NCBI GenBank assembly: GCA_963733915.1
Contig: CAVTEP010000001.1
Span: forward strand, 828,214 to 892,213
Source: Candidatus Sulfomarinibacteraceae bacterium
GTDB lineage: Bacteria; Acidobacteriota; Thermoanaerobaculia; Thermoanaerobaculales; Sulfomarinibacteraceae
DNA: 64,000 nt
Reading direction: 5' to 3'
Part shown: in pieces, positions 51,175-62,171 of the stretch
How positions within the stretch are numbered: the first letter of the stretch is position 1
Layout: each line of letters starts with the position of its first letter
Translations under genes and position numbers: made by a program
The notes under the pieces: generated by a model
The model's input: only the letters and a program-made list of their open reading frames with translations
What the model was told of the DNA's origin: nothing
Databases searched by the model: none

Positions 51175-52332
51175 TCAAAAACTGATGACGTATTCCCCGT
51201 CGCGGATGAGGTCGAAAGTCGATCCGTCGCTTCGCTCGAGGATCACCCGCGCGGCGTTCACTCTGGGCTGGAGCTCTCGAAGGTAGACATGGTCCTGATG
51301 CATGACTGCCTCGGGCCGTGAGAACTGCGCCGGACCGACCTGGCCGCCAAAGTGCTCGCTGCGTCCGAAGGCGAGGTGGAGACCGAGCTTCTCGTCCAAC
51401 AACACCTCGCCGATCGGTTGAATCCCGAATGCGGCCAGGACGCCGAGGCCGAGCTCGGCGATGTTGCCGCGGGCCGGTTCGTCGGCGAGGCGGGCCGCCT
51501 CGGCGGCCGACTCGGGCCCTGAAGTCATGATCCTCTGCGCGCGGTTGTTCTCGATTTCGAAGACGACGACCTCTTCCCCGAACTGCACCGGCATCCGGCC
51601 GCGGCTCGTGGTGGGGTCGCCTTCGATCTCGCCCTCGTAGGGCACGATGTATGCCTCGCCGGAGGGCAGGTTGCCGGCAGTCCCCGGCTCCGGAAGAAGG
51701 CCCCCGGAGGCGTGGGCCCTACGGTGGCGGAGGTCGAGGTGGAGCGGGTGCTCCTCCGCGCCGTCGACCACGAAGTTGAAATCCGCACCGACGCAGTCGT
51801 CGAGGAGTTCCTTGAGGTACCCGACACGGCGGTTGACCTCGGTGTAATCGAGGCGCAGGGCGGGGATCATCGCGCGCGAGAACCCCGGCATGGTGGCGGC
51901 GCGAAAGCCGAGCCGCGGGGCCATCGTTTTCAGCGGTGCGGTGGTCGAAAACCGGGTCGGGGCGATGACCAGTCGGTTGCTCGAAAGCACCGAGTCCATC
52001 GGCTCCTCGAGGTGGCCCGCGAGCTGTTTCGAATGATCCGGAATCCTTGGATCCGTCCAGCGCCACGCCGCCGGTGGCAGCTCGGCGTTGTTCGAATGGA
52101 CGTTGCGATACAGGTAGAGCGAAACCTCGAGGCCGTGGGCCGATCGCGCCCCGGCCAGCTCCCGCGCCCAAGCGGCAGCGATCGCCCGCCGCTCCCGCCA
52201 GCTCTCGGTGTCCGGAACGAGGTCATCGGGGAGATCCACGATCACCGCCAACGTACGATCCTCTTCTCTGGGCTGGAACACTCGCTGAACCAGGGCGGTC
52301 AGCTCTTCGGCAGTCAGTCGGTCATCGCTCAT
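51175..52332 (-). CDS. Aminopeptidase-like protein (thermophilic metalloprotease M29-like)
   Basis: Motifs GNLPSGEAY, NIAELGLG and LLDEKLGLHLAFG. Confidence 0.75.
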   Translation of the reverse strand: MSDDRLTAEELTALVQRVFQPREEDRTLAVIVDLPDDLVPDTESWRERRAIAAAWARELAGARSAHGLEVSLYLYRNVHSNNAELPPAAWRWTDPRIPDHSKQLAGHLEEPMDSVLSSNRLVIAPTRFSTTAPLKTMAPRLGFRAATMPGFSRAMIPALRLDYTEVNRRVGYLKELLDDCVGADFNFVVDGAEEHPLHLDLRHRRAHASGGLLPEPGTAGNLPSGEAYIVPYEGEIEGDPTTSRGRMPVQFGEEVVVFEIENNRAQRIMTSGPESAAEAARLADEPARGNIAELGLGVLAAFGIQPIGEVLLDEKLGLHLAFGRSEHFGGQVGPAQFSRPEAVMHQDHVYLRELQPRVNAARVILERSDGSTFDLIRDGEYVISF

Positions 52333-52460
52333 AGTGTCCCTCTGTCCCGCCATCCTAACGGCGCGCCGAACGGTAACGCAAAGAGATAATGTCATGCTAG
52401 AATCCTGCATGAAGAGTGAAGATGTCTTTGAAGTCGACTCGCCAATCATAGCAATCTTGG

Positions 52461-53175
52461 TTGCTTAACTTAGAAGCTTCGGCCAAAGAATACGGCGCGA
52501 TGACACGCCGACGATCGGTGGATTCGGCTGAGACTCTACTAAGGTTAGCTCTTGTTTATGCTGTCTGCGACATTCGCTGCGTGAAACCGCGATGTGGGCT
52601 GAGACGGCGAACGTGGCCTCGTTTCAGATGTGGCTCTCTTGAAACGGTTTAGACGCTGTGGCCAGTGGCTAGGTCACCTCGTGTTGAGGAAAATCGCAGA
52701 GCGAAGCGATTTCGATCTGTCCATCCAAGAAAACCTGAGAGTCGAGTGGTCGATGCCACCATCTCAGTAGTCCGGGGGCGAAGGGAACAACTGAGATTGC
52801 ACCTCGGGCTCGACTTGGGCTTCTTAATGCTTGACGACGTCGAGTTCGTGCGACTGGCGAGTTGGAGAGTCATTCGACTGCTTTGCAATAGCCCCAGGCG
52901 AACTGCTGGTCGGAGATCGAGGCTATGCCCATCGTGATCCCATAGCTCGAGTAGCGCGAGCCGGGGGCTTTTTTGTGGTCCGCATTCCGTGGAGTATGTG
53001 CCTTTGAACACTCCGGATGGAGAGAAGTTTGAGTTATTCGGATTCCTAAGATTGATCCCTGAGGCCGCCGCCTGGGAGGCTCCGGTTTCTTTTACAACGA
53101 GCAGCGGCGACTCGGTAAAGTGTCGACTCGTTGCCTTACGGAAAAGTGCTGCGTGCGCAATTGAAAGTTTGTAAG
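52461..53175 (+). pseudogene. Degraded IS4-family transposase remnant
   Basis: Fragments in different frames: GAMTRRR..SAETLLRLALVY, RVVDAT, LRLHLGLDL and PGELLVGDRGY (DDE aspartates). Lower GC; many stops and shifts. Confidence 0.7.
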
Positions 53176-53277
53176 CCAAGTGCAGTATAGCCACACAGTG
53201 ATAGTAAATTTTAAAATTATATGAATTATTATATATATTTAATTAATATAATATACGCCCGCCCAATGCGTCTCCGC

Positions 53278-53534
53278 GCCCGCCCACCCTCGGAAATCCA
53301 TGACAACCGGCGCCGGGCGCCGGCTGACGCGAATTTCCGAGGAGAGGGGGTGTTTTTGAACCGGCGCCGGACTCATCTCCGAGTTTCCACGACTCATGTC
53401 TCAAAAGACCTTCGTGATTCCTTTGTGACCTTTGAGTCTTTGTGGTTAGGGGTGGGTGGGTGGCCCCATAGCCCATAGCCCCATAGCCCGGGCGGGTGGC
53501 CGGAATTCCTAATTCCTACTCGAATTCCGAATTC
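53278..53534. repeat. Composite repeat: CCCACCCTCGGAAA hairpin, ~9-nt CTTTGTG repeats, GGGTGGGTGGG, (CCCATAG)3, (AATTCCN)n
   Basis: Seen directly; ends at the stop codon of the gene at 53533. Confidence 0.85.
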
Positions 53535-54141
53535 ACTCCACGATCTCCACCGTGATCTCGTCATACCAGTCCAACGAGCCGGGGAGGCCGACGCTGACGA
53601 TTCCGGAGTGGTTGCGGCGAATAGGGTCGAAGGGTAGCGCGCGGACCGACTGGACCTGCCCGCCGTCCCGCCAGCCGGTGATTTCGAACATCAATTCCCG
53701 GGTGGCGATGTTTCGGTTGCACCGGTTCACGGCGGTGATCTCGGTCAGGACCTGCGCCGAAGGGTTGAATATCTGAACGGTGGTCCAACGGTAGCTGACG
53801 CAGTCGGCGACGGCGGGCGTCGGTGTGGGTACTCGCGGGACCGGCGGCGGCGAGGTGGGCCATGGCGTCGCGGTCGCCTCTGGGCTCGAGGCGACAACCC
53901 ACTCCGAGCTGTGCTCGACTGGAACTGTCGGGGTCGCGGTCGCGGTCGGGTCCGGCGAGGGTGGTGCCGCTTCGGTCGGCTCGGGCGGCAGCACCACCAC
54001 CTCGGGATCGGGTTCGCGATTCAGCACCGCGAGGATCGCCACCAGAACCACCACCGCCACCGCCGCGAGCAGCACCCGGGACGAGCCCGGGCCTCCTCGG
54101 CGCGCGCTGGACAGGCGAAAGCCGGCCGGTGTCTCGGTCAT
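53533..54141 (-). CDS. Hypothetical membrane-anchored Pro/Thr-rich protein
   Basis: TM helix, P/T linker and a small Cys-containing beta domain. Confidence 0.7.
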   Translation of the reverse strand: MTETPAGFRLSSARRGGPGSSRVLLAAVAVVVLVAILAVLNREPDPEVVVLPPEPTEAAPPSPDPTATATPTVPVEHSSEWVVASSPEATATPWPTSPPPVPRVPTPTPAVADCVSYRWTTVQIFNPSAQVLTEITAVNRCNRNIATRELMFEITGWRDGGQVQSVRALPFDPIRRNHSGIVSVGLPGSLDWYDEITVEIVE

Positions 54142-54357
54142 GAACCGGTTATATCACTTGACCCGCTTGTCTCACCCGGTGTCTACTGCGGACGGCGAAT
54201 CGCGGCGTCCCGCCGTGCCTGTCGTGAATCGTGCTTCCCTGATCGACGCAGCTCGACTCCGGCTGCGGCGGCCGATTCACGCCAAAGCCAAGGGATTCTT
54301 GCGCTACGCCGCCCGCAGCAGAAAGCTGGTGAGATACGCGGGCTATCGGGGAGGTCG

Positions 54358-55128
54358 ATGATGCGGTGGGCGGTGTTCAACCAAAAAGGAGGGGTGGGCA
54401 AGTCCACCATCGCCTGCAACCTGGCCGCGGTGAGCGCGAGCGGCGGACGTCGCACGCTGGTCGTCGACCTGGATCCGCAAGCCAACTCGAGCCACTACCT
54501 CCTCGGGTCGGATGTCGAGGCCGCACGGCCCAACCTGGTCCAGTTCTTCGAGGGGACTCTCGGCTTCAAGCTGTTTCGCGAAGGCGCCAAGGCGTTCATT
54601 CACCATACCCGTTTTGAGGACCTCCACATCATGCCGGCCGACGCCGGTCTCGAGGAGCTGCAGGCGAAGCTCGAGGCCAAATACAAGATTTACAAGCTGC
54701 GGGATGCGCTCGACGAGCTCGACGGCTACGACGCGGTCTTTCTCGACACCCCGCCCGCCTTTGGCTTTTTCACGTTGTCGGCCTTGATCGCGGCCGACCG
54801 CTGTCTGATTCCTTTCGATTGTGATGATTTCTCGCGGCTTGCTCTTTACGGATTGCTCGAGAGCGTCGACGAGGTCCGTGAGGACCACAACGCAAAGCTC
54901 AGAGTCGGCGGGGTCATCGTCAATCAGTTTCAGGCCCGTGCCCGGCTCCCGCGGCGACTGGTGGAAGAGCTCCAGTCGGAAGGGCTTCCAGTCCTCGAGC
55001 CGTTCATCTCGTCGTCGGTCAAAGTGCGCGAATCCCATCAGGCGGCGAAACCGCTGCCGTACATGGCTCGATCGCACAAGCTCACGGGGCAGTTCGAAGA
55101 GTTGTTTGCCACAATCCAGCAGCTCTGA
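54358..55128 (+). CDS. Orphan ParA family ATPase
   Basis: Deviant Walker A KGGVGKST, plus DLDPQAN and DTPP; no parB nearby. Confidence 0.92.
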   Translation: MMRWAVFNQKGGVGKSTIACNLAAVSASGGRRTLVVDLDPQANSSHYLLGSDVEAARPNLVQFFEGTLGFKLFREGAKAFIHHTRFEDLHIMPADAGLEELQAKLEAKYKIYKLRDALDELDGYDAVFLDTPPAFGFFTLSALIAADRCLIPFDCDDFSRLALYGLLESVDEVREDHNAKLRVGGVIVNQFQARARLPRRLVEELQSEGLPVLEPFISSSVKVRESHQAAKPLPYMARSHKLTGQFEELFATIQQL

Positions 55129-55245
55129 GAACGAGCTATTAGCCGAGCGCGCGAGAAGGGAAATGAGTCTCGTGCAGGCCCTGAAGGACCTGCCTTCAAA
55201 CGCGAACGGCAGTTTTGCAAGAGGCTCAAGCTAACAGCTTCCTTC

Positions 55246-56268
55246 CTACTTCACCGGGAAGTACACCTCCGTGATCAACTCCTCCTCGGGCGTGTTCCCG
55301 GGGTCGCTGACAAAAACCTCCCAGCTGCGCCCGTTGGCCTCGAGCGAGTGCGCCGCCATGAAGGCGTCGATGACGTCGTAGGTTTCCGGGAGGTTCATGT
55401 AGGGACCGACGTGAACGGTGCGCACCACGCGACCTCCGTAGGTCTCACCCATGCGTACCGGCGAGTCCGGGCCGACGCCGCGGGATGGCGCCCCACTGAC
55501 GGGCAGGGCTGCGTCGAAACCGTAGCCGCGCTCGTCCCAGTAGTTGGTGATGGCCATCGGTTGGCCGGCGAGCTGAAGACCGTTGGTCGACACAAAGCCC
55601 ACCACCCGGCCGTAGGCCGCGCCGAGGGCTGCCCCGATCTCGTCGGGCTCGCCGCCGGAGCTGCCCGTGAAGTAGGCAATGGTGGTCGATGGGACCTCGG
55701 TGATGCCGATATCGATGTCCGACCAGTCGACCGCGGGCAGCGCCTCCGCGATCCTCTTCAGGTTGGCGAGACCCTGGGCGTAGAGCGGGCCGAGCTGACG
55801 GTCGAGGATGAGACCAAAGTAACGGCCGACGATGTTGAGTCCGAAATCGGTGTCAAAGGTCCACGTGAGATTCGTGCCGGTTCCCTCCGGCCCCAACAGC
55901 ATGGCTGATTGGGCGGTCCCCTGGTCGCCGAAATCGAGCTCGAAGTCCACTCGCTCGTAGGGCGTGCTGGCGATGATGGTCTGGCTTCCAATCTCGGGTT
56001 TCGGTTCGGTGACGGTCCACATCATCTTTGCGCCGACCCCGAAGTCCGGCCCCTCGTAGCTGTACTCGGCGCCGGGCGTCACGGCTACGAAGGGCGACCA
56101 CTCGTTGAAGTTCGTGAATCCGTTGACCTGGGAAAAGACAACGCTGGCCGGTGCGTCGATGAAAATCGACCGCTCGACGTGCCGCTCCTTTGGGAGCACG
56201 AACCCGACCACGACCACGACCAGCGCCAGGACAGCGATGGCGATCAATACCCTCTTCAGAAATTTCAT
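55246..56268 (-). CDS. SRPBCC + GyrI-like domain protein
   Basis: VERSIFIDAP, WSPF, HVGPY..L and TEVYFPV. Confidence 0.85.
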   Translation of the reverse strand: MKFLKRVLIAIAVLALVVVVVGFVLPKERHVERSIFIDAPASVVFSQVNGFTNFNEWSPFVAVTPGAEYSYEGPDFGVGAKMMWTVTEPKPEIGSQTIIASTPYERVDFELDFGDQGTAQSAMLLGPEGTGTNLTWTFDTDFGLNIVGRYFGLILDRQLGPLYAQGLANLKRIAEALPAVDWSDIDIGITEVPSTTIAYFTGSSGGEPDEIGAALGAAYGRVVGFVSTNGLQLAGQPMAITNYWDERGYGFDAALPVSGAPSRGVGPDSPVRMGETYGGRVVRTVHVGPYMNLPETYDVIDAFMAAHSLEANGRSWEVFVSDPGNTPEEELITEVYFPVK

Positions 56269-56454
56269 GGCGAATTCCTCCTGTCTGTTTCCCGCGGCGA
56301 TCGGACAGACTCCTCGCCGGCGCGGGCTGTTCCTCGATGATTCCGCCGCAGGATATCACTGAAAAAGTGGTCACGCGTGATCCCGGGCACCAAGTTGAGC
56401 TCGTCGATCGACTAACATGAGAGCTGAGCTCACAGGCAACCGAGGGAGGTTGAG

Positions 56455-56952
56455 ATGTTCAAAAAGGACCCGAACGATACGTCGCCGCCGCAGCCGCGTG
56501 CGGCTCAGGGTGGTGTGGCTGCGAGGAACCCGCCGCCGCGGACCGGCACCGGTTCGGCCATCATCGGCCCGTCGATCACCATCAAGGGTGACGTGTCGGG
56601 CGACGAGGATCTGCTGATCCAGGGGAGGGTCGACGGCAAGGTCAACCTCGCAAAGCACAACGTCACCATCGGCTCCGACGGGAGGGTGAAGGCGGACGTG
56701 CAGGCGCGGACTGTGGTTGTCGAGGGCGAGGTCGAGGGCGATTTGCGCGCCCAGGAGCAGATCATTCTCCGCCACACGGCAAAGGTTGAAGGCAGCATCA
56801 CCGCGCCGCGGGTTGTTCTCGAGGATGGCGCCGTGTTTCGCGGAGGGATCGAAATGGACGCGGGCAAAGGCGCGGCGACCGGCTTCTCCAAGCCTTCAGG
56901 GCGCCGTCCGCGACAGCGCCGCCGAAAAAAACCCTTCGGACAAGGCAGATAA
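56455..56952 (+). CDS. Bactofilin (polymer-forming cytoskeletal protein); tail possibly frameshifted, true end ~56995
   Basis: IGPSITIKGDV, L.I.G.V.G repeats and GAVFRG. Confidence 0.9.
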   Translation: MFKKDPNDTSPPQPRAAQGGVAARNPPPRTGTGSAIIGPSITIKGDVSGDEDLLIQGRVDGKVNLAKHNVTIGSDGRVKADVQARTVVVEGEVEGDLRAQEQIILRHTAKVEGSITAPRVVLEDGAVFRGGIEMDAGKGAATGFSKPSGRRPRQRRRKKPFGQGR

Positions 56953-57003
56953 GGCCGCCGCTGACGAGAACAAGGGAAAGAGCCTTCAGGCATAATCTTC
57001 GAC

Positions 57004-57667
57004 ATGATATGGCCGTGGCGCTCCAAGGCCGAGCCAACCGTGAGCGTTGAGGAGGATCCACCGACCCTCCAGGGGCCGCTGACTGAGACTCACAACTCGC
57101 CCGGTTTCGAGGAGGCTCTGCGTGCGATCCCGACCGATGGTTCCTGCAGCGTCCTCGACCTCGGACCGTCGGTGGCGGACAACGTCGAGTTCGTGTCGTC
57201 GTTCGCGTCCCGACTCCAGGTCGTCGATGTCCTCGGCCCCGTCGGCTCGGCTGGCGGTGAGGTCGGTGGAGTGGGCGCTCGCATCGCATCGATGGAGGGC
57301 ATCGTAGGCGATCACCGCCGGTCCTTTCACCTCGTCCTCGCCTGGGATGTTTTCAATTACCTGTCGGAGGCCGAGTCGACGCGTTTGTTGCAGACAGTGG
57401 CGGAACTCTGTCTTCCGGGCGCGCGCCTGCACGCGATCGTGTTCGCCCGCGACACGATGCCGACCGCGCCCAACCGGTACCGGGTCATTGATCCCGCCCG
57501 GCTTGCGTACGAGCCGACGACCGCCGAGCTGCGCGGCGCGCCGCACCTTCCGCCGGCGGCGGTCGAGAAGCTCCTGACAGGGTTTCCGGATCGAGCACTC
57601 CTTCGTCCTCCAGCACGGCGTCCACGAGTACGTGGCGTCGCGCAAACGCTGGTACGTCAAGAAGTAA
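57004..57667 (+). CDS. Class I SAM-methyltransferase-like protein, apparent frameshift near 57585
   Basis: VLDLG and FHLVLAWDVFNYL. The alternative frame gives FVLQHGVHEY..KK* ending at 57667. Confidence 0.65.
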
Positions 57668-57838
57668 TCCCACCCACCTCGGCCAGTAGAATTTCGGATT
57701 TCGAATTTCGGATTTCGGATCCCACCAGCATCCCCTGACATTACAGACTGACAAAAGCAAGCATTCCGCAACATCCGCATCCAGCATCCAGCATCTGGGG
57801 CGGGTGGACGGCAAATCCGAAATCCGAAATCCAAATTA
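57668..57838. repeat. Composite repeat CCCACCC, (ATTTCGG)n .. (CATCCAG)n, GGGCGGGTGG, (AAATCCG)n
   Basis: Inverted heptamer arms between convergent genes. Confidence 0.9.
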
Positions 57839-58526
57839 AAAAGGTTGTCCCACCGCCTCGGTCAGAAACCGGACGAGCGGAGCGGCCGCCTGAAACGAAT
57901 CGGCGACGGTGTCGATGAACCCCGCCGAACAGGCGTTTTTCTGGCTGAAATTCTCGACCGAGATGAAGTCTTTTCGCTTGATGTCCTCGATCAGCGGGTC
58001 TTCCGGATCGAAGCCGCGCGGCGCGCGGCTCAGGCTGTCGCCGACGAGCTGGTGGCGCTTGGCAAAGCGCGGTTCCTCGAGCACCGACCGCCAGCGCTTG
58101 GGGTGCTCGGCGATAGCGGTGCGGGTTTTTTCGAGGAACTCGCGGCCGGGGTGCCACGAGCCCGCGCCGACAAAAACGTTGCCGGGCTCGAGGTGGAGAT
58201 AGAAGCCCGGGGCGTGGGCGTCGCGGCCGGCGCGGTGGCGGAATTGGGCCGCTGCGTGGGTCTTGTACGGGCGCTTGTCTTTCGAAAACCTGACATCGCG
58301 ATAGATCCGGAACATCGAACCCCCGGACGGCCGGGGATCGGCGACGAACTGGGAGCTGATCGCGTGGAGCGGTGCGGCGAAATCGGAGATGAACCGCAGC
58401 AACGGCTCCTGGATCGTGGTCTGGTATCGCTCCTTGTTGGCCGTGAACCAGTCACGGGTAGTTGTTGTCACTGAGCTCGGTCAAAAATTCGAAGAATGCC
58501 GCATCGAAGTGTCGTTTCCCTGCCAT
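57836..58526 (-). CDS. DUF2461 (TIGR02453) family protein, apparent frameshift near 58470
   Basis: RIYRDVRFSKDK.PYK motif. The N-terminus MAGKRHF..FLTELSDNN starts at ATG 58526 in another frame. Confidence 0.85.
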
Positions 58527-58545
58527 CGATTCCTCCCGCATTGCA

Positions 58546-58585
58546 ATCGTTCAAACGTTATAACGTTCAAACGTTAAAACGTTCG
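58546..58585. repeat. (AACGTTNN)n octamer block
   Basis: About five degenerate units in a divergent promoter region. Confidence 0.75.
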
Positions 58586-58625
58586 TAATGTTCCTCTGCT
58601 AAGCTGTGGACTGCGAGAAGGGAGC

Positions 58626-59174
58626 ATGATGAAGACCGGAATTCGAACTCTGACGGCGAGCGGTTGCCTGCTTGCGCTGTGCGCGAGTTATGCGTGGGCG
58701 AAGGTGGTCTTTGATTTCGACCCCAATGCCGACTTTTCCAGCTACAAGACCTATGGTTGGATCGAGCGGGACAAATCGGTGGAGGAGACGCTGCCGGAGC
58801 ACCTCCAGATTCGACTGCGGCGGGTCACCGAGGATGTGCTCGCCGAAAAAGGGCTCGAGCCTGCTCCTGCGCCACCGCAGACCGATTTGCTGCTGACCTA
58901 TTACTTCAACGACAAGGATGAGGTGCGGATCAATCAGGTTTCGTGGGGAGCGTACTCACCCTGGGGCTACGGCTACTGGAGTGGCTACAGCTACGGATAT
59001 ACCCAGGTCAGGAGCTACAAGCAGGGCACGCTGGTGCTGGACATCGTCGATGCCCATACCCATCAGCTGGTTTGGACAGGGACCCTGGAGGGAGAAGTCA
59101 AGAGCGCCAACCCGCCCGGGGATCGCGTCGAAAAGTCGGTCGCAAAGCTGCTCAAGAATTTCCCGCCCAAGTGA
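58626..59174 (+). CDS. DUF4136 family exported protein
   Basis: DFSSYKTY and YKQGTLVLDIVDA..LVW.G. Confidence 0.85.
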   Translation: MMKTGIRTLTASGCLLALCASYAWAKVVFDFDPNADFSSYKTYGWIERDKSVEETLPEHLQIRLRRVTEDVLAEKGLEPAPAPPQTDLLLTYYFNDKDEVRINQVSWGAYSPWGYGYWSGYSYGYTQVRSYKQGTLVLDIVDAHTHQLVWTGTLEGEVKSANPPGDRVEKSVAKLLKNFPPK

Positions 59175-59205
59175 CATGACGCGGCTCGTGACAGGCCACC
59201 GGGCG

Positions 59206-59531
59206 TCATGTCATCCCGAACGAACGGCGCAAAGCGGCGTGAGGAGGGATCTGCATCGGTAGTCGCTGCCGGTTCGTTCGAACCCGCCCACCCAGACCCT
59301 TCGGTCGGCTGCGCCTTCCTCAGGGTGACATTCAGACTCGGCTGCCAAGGCCAGCCGGTCTTCATGTCATCCCGAACGAACGGCGCAAAGCGGCGTGAGG
59401 AGGGATCTGCATCGGTAGTCGCTGCCGGTTTGTTGGAACCCGCCCACCCAGACCCTTCGGTCGGCTGCGCCTTCCTCAGGGTGACATGTCGACTCGGCTG
59501 CCAAGGTCAGCCGGTCTTCATGTCATCCCGA
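59206..59531. repeat. 156-bp tandem repeat of a REP-like palindrome (TGTCATCC...GGGTGACA), two full units plus the start of a third
   Basis: TGTCATCCCGA begins at 59209, 59365 and 59521. Confidence 0.92.
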
Positions 59532-60109
59532 GCCGAGGACGCGCTTCTTCGCGTCCGAGATTCGACGCAGCATCTCTGCGTCGACCGGGTTGCCGTGTGC
59601 CTCGATTTCGTCTGCGAGCTTCGAGATCGTCTTGAGATCTTCCTGCGCCTGCCGGCGCAGGTTGGCGACCATCTTGTTGAACGGGTCTTCCATGGCCCGA
59701 ATGTTGTCGTCGTTGCGGAGACGTAGGATGACATCGTAGTTGCCGCCGGCGACCTCATCGAGGCACATCGAGATCTTGTGGACGGCGCCGGCGGTGCGAT
59801 GAGTGAGCATGATCGACCGCACCACGACCATGGCCAGAATGATGAGGATCCCGGCGGTGATCGCGATGTTGCGAATGTCGGTGGCCCGCATCTTCTCACC
59901 GATGGATGGGTTCGTGGCCATGACCGATTGCGTCGTGCTGTAGGCCTGCCAGCCGAGGACAAAGTTGAGGAGGATCAACAGGATCAGGACCAGACCCGCA
60001 ATCCGGACGGTGGCCGCGAGCTGACGGCGGCGGTCGACGAGGTATTGGCGTCGCCTGAAGACGCCTTTTCGGCTGCGTCCGTGGCGTCGTTTGCAGTCTT
60101 CGTGCTCAT
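59523..60109 (-). CDS. Two-TM HAMP-domain protein, apparent frameshift near 60065
   Basis: RRQYLVD..Q, THRTAG.V and LRNDD HAMP-like segment; ATG 60109 with SD AAGGAG. Confidence 0.7.
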
Positions 60110-60367
60110 CGGGACTCCTTCGGTCGCTCGTCGTGCCCTCCGATGCTCCTTTACAGACTATTGTATCCGATGGCGGCGAAAAACATCGAGTATCATCGCA
60201 ACACGACCATCGTGCGGTCTAACCCGCATATCTCGGGCGAGAAGAAGCGCCGGTGGAATGGCTTCGCGTAGGCCGCCGGTTTCCTGATCGATGGTCGCGC
60301 GCGGTTTGGCGGTCGGGCCACTCCGGATTCGGGTCAGGGGTCGGTGAAACGGAGCTGAGAGGAGCAC

Positions 60368-62125
60368 ATGGACGAGAGCGTCATTCGGTTGATCGAGAAA
60401 ATCCGCACCGGCATCATCGGCGACGACCTGGCGGTCAGAGGTCCGTTCGGGGTGCGGCGAGTCATCTACGCCGATTACACCGCCTCGGGAAGGTCCCTCG
60501 ATTTCATCGAGGATTTCATCCGCAACGAGGTCATGCCGTTATATGCAAACACCCACAGCGAGCTCTCGACCACCGGGCTGCAGACGACGCGCTTTCGCGA
60601 GGACGCGCGCCGCGCCGTCCGAGACGCCGTGCACGGGACCGAGGATGACGTCGTCATCTTCTGCGGTTCGGGGGCCACGGGCGCTATCAACAAGCTGATC
60701 GACATCCTCAACCTTCGCCTTCCCGCGGACCTCGACGAGCGCTATCGACTGAGCGACAGGATCCCTCTCGAGGATCGCCCGGTCGTATTCATCGGGCCCT
60801 ACGAGCACCACTCCAACGAGCTCCCGTGGCGCGAGACCATAGCCGACGTGGTCGTCATCGACGAGGATCGGAACGGCCGCATCGACGAAGCCCACCTCGA
60901 GCGCGAGCTCGTCGCCTATCGTGAGAGGCCTCTGAAGATCGGTAGTTTTTCGGCTGCCTCGAACGTCACCGGTATTGTCTCGAACACCTATGCCCTGTCT
61001 GTATTGCTGCACCGCCACGGTGCGCTCGCTTTCTGGGATTTTGCGGCTGCCGCACCCTACGTCAGCATCGAGATGAACCCTGTCGGCGAAAACCAGGACC
61101 CGATGGCAACCAAGGACGCGATCTTTTTGTCACCGCACAAGTTCGTGGGTGGTCCGGGGACGCCGGGTGTGTTGGTGGTGAAGCGGGAGCTGGTTCGCAA
61201 CACCGTGCCCACGGTGCCCGGGGGTGGCACTGTCAGCTATGTCAGCGCGGACAATCACAGCTATCTCAGCGACCCCGCGATTCGCGAGGAGGGCGGAACG
61301 CCGGCAATTGTGGAGTCGATTCGTGCCGGTCTGGTCTTCAAGCTCAAGGCGGCCGTCGGCGAAGCCACAATCGAGGAGCTCGAGCACTCATTCGTGACCC
61401 GCGCGATCGCCTCCTGGTCGTCCAACTCGAGGATTCGAATCCTCGGCAACCTGGAGGCCAAGCGCCTCTCGATTGTCTCCTTCCTGGTCCTGCGCGAAGA
61501 CCGCTACCTCCACCACAATTTCGTGGTAGCACTGCTCAACGATCTCTTCGGGATCCAGGCTCGCGGTGGGTGTTCGTGCGCGGGTCCTTACGGGCACCGC
61601 CTGCTGGGGATCGATATTGACCGGTCGTCGCGCTTCCGCCGCGCGATCACGAGTGGTTGCGAGGGAATCAAACCGGGCTGGGTTCGAGTCAACTTCAATT
61701 ATTTCATCTCCGAGACCGTCTTTCGTTACATTGTCGAGGCCGTCCACCTGGTGTCGACGGAAGGATGGAAGCTGTTGCCGTACTACCAGTTTTCGATGGA
61801 CACCGGTCATTGGCGGCACCGGGACTATCGTCCGGGCTCCGAGCTCGGGCTCGATGAGCTGCGCTTCGATTCGGGTCGGCTCCAGTATCCCAGTCACCAG
61901 TTGACCGAGCCCGAGAGCGCCCTCGACCGCCACCTCGAGGAGGCGCGCCGGATCATCGCCGAGGCCGAGAACGAGTTCGGTCGGTGGGAAACCGTCACTT
62001 TGCCGGAAGATCTGGAAGGCCTGCGGTGGTTTCCCTTGTCGAACGCGCCGTTCCTCGGGCAGCGCTCGCCGGCGACGAGGTGCGCTGATGACGGTCCTGT
62101 AACCCAGGACGACCCTCCCACGTAG
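60368..62125 (+). CDS. Class V PLP-dependent aminotransferase (cysteine desulfurase-like)
   Basis: Motifs YADYTASGR, EHHSN, SPHKF and RGGCSCAG. Confidence 0.9.
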   Translation: MDESVIRLIEKIRTGIIGDDLAVRGPFGVRRVIYADYTASGRSLDFIEDFIRNEVMPLYANTHSELSTTGLQTTRFREDARRAVRDAVHGTEDDVVIFCGSGATGAINKLIDILNLRLPADLDERYRLSDRIPLEDRPVVFIGPYEHHSNELPWRETIADVVVIDEDRNGRIDEAHLERELVAYRERPLKIGSFSAASNVTGIVSNTYALSVLLHRHGALAFWDFAAAAPYVSIEMNPVGENQDPMATKDAIFLSPHKFVGGPGTPGVLVVKRELVRNTVPTVPGGGTVSYVSADNHSYLSDPAIREEGGTPAIVESIRAGLVFKLKAAVGEATIEELEHSFVTRAIASWSSNSRIRILGNLEAKRLSIVSFLVLREDRYLHHNFVVALLNDLFGIQARGGCSCAGPYGHRLLGIDIDRSSRFRRAITSGCEGIKPGWVRVNFNYFISETVFRYIVEAVHLVSTEGWKLLPYYQFSMDTGHWRHRDYRPGSELGLDELRFDSGRLQYPSHQLTEPESALDRHLEEARRIIAEAENEFGRWETVTLPEDLEGLRWFPLSNAPFLGQRSPATRCADDGPVTQDDPPT

Positions 62126-62171
62126 CTAGGTGGTGAGTGGGGCCCCGCGGTGGGGACGGAGCTTTGTGACG

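Noticed and set aside
59206-59531. CRISPR array
   Set aside because: The whole 156-bp unit repeats with no unique spacers, and there are no cas genes.
59208-59726. ORF with an internal 52-aa duplication
   Set aside because: By-product of the 156-bp repeat; it overlaps the real antisense HAMP gene.
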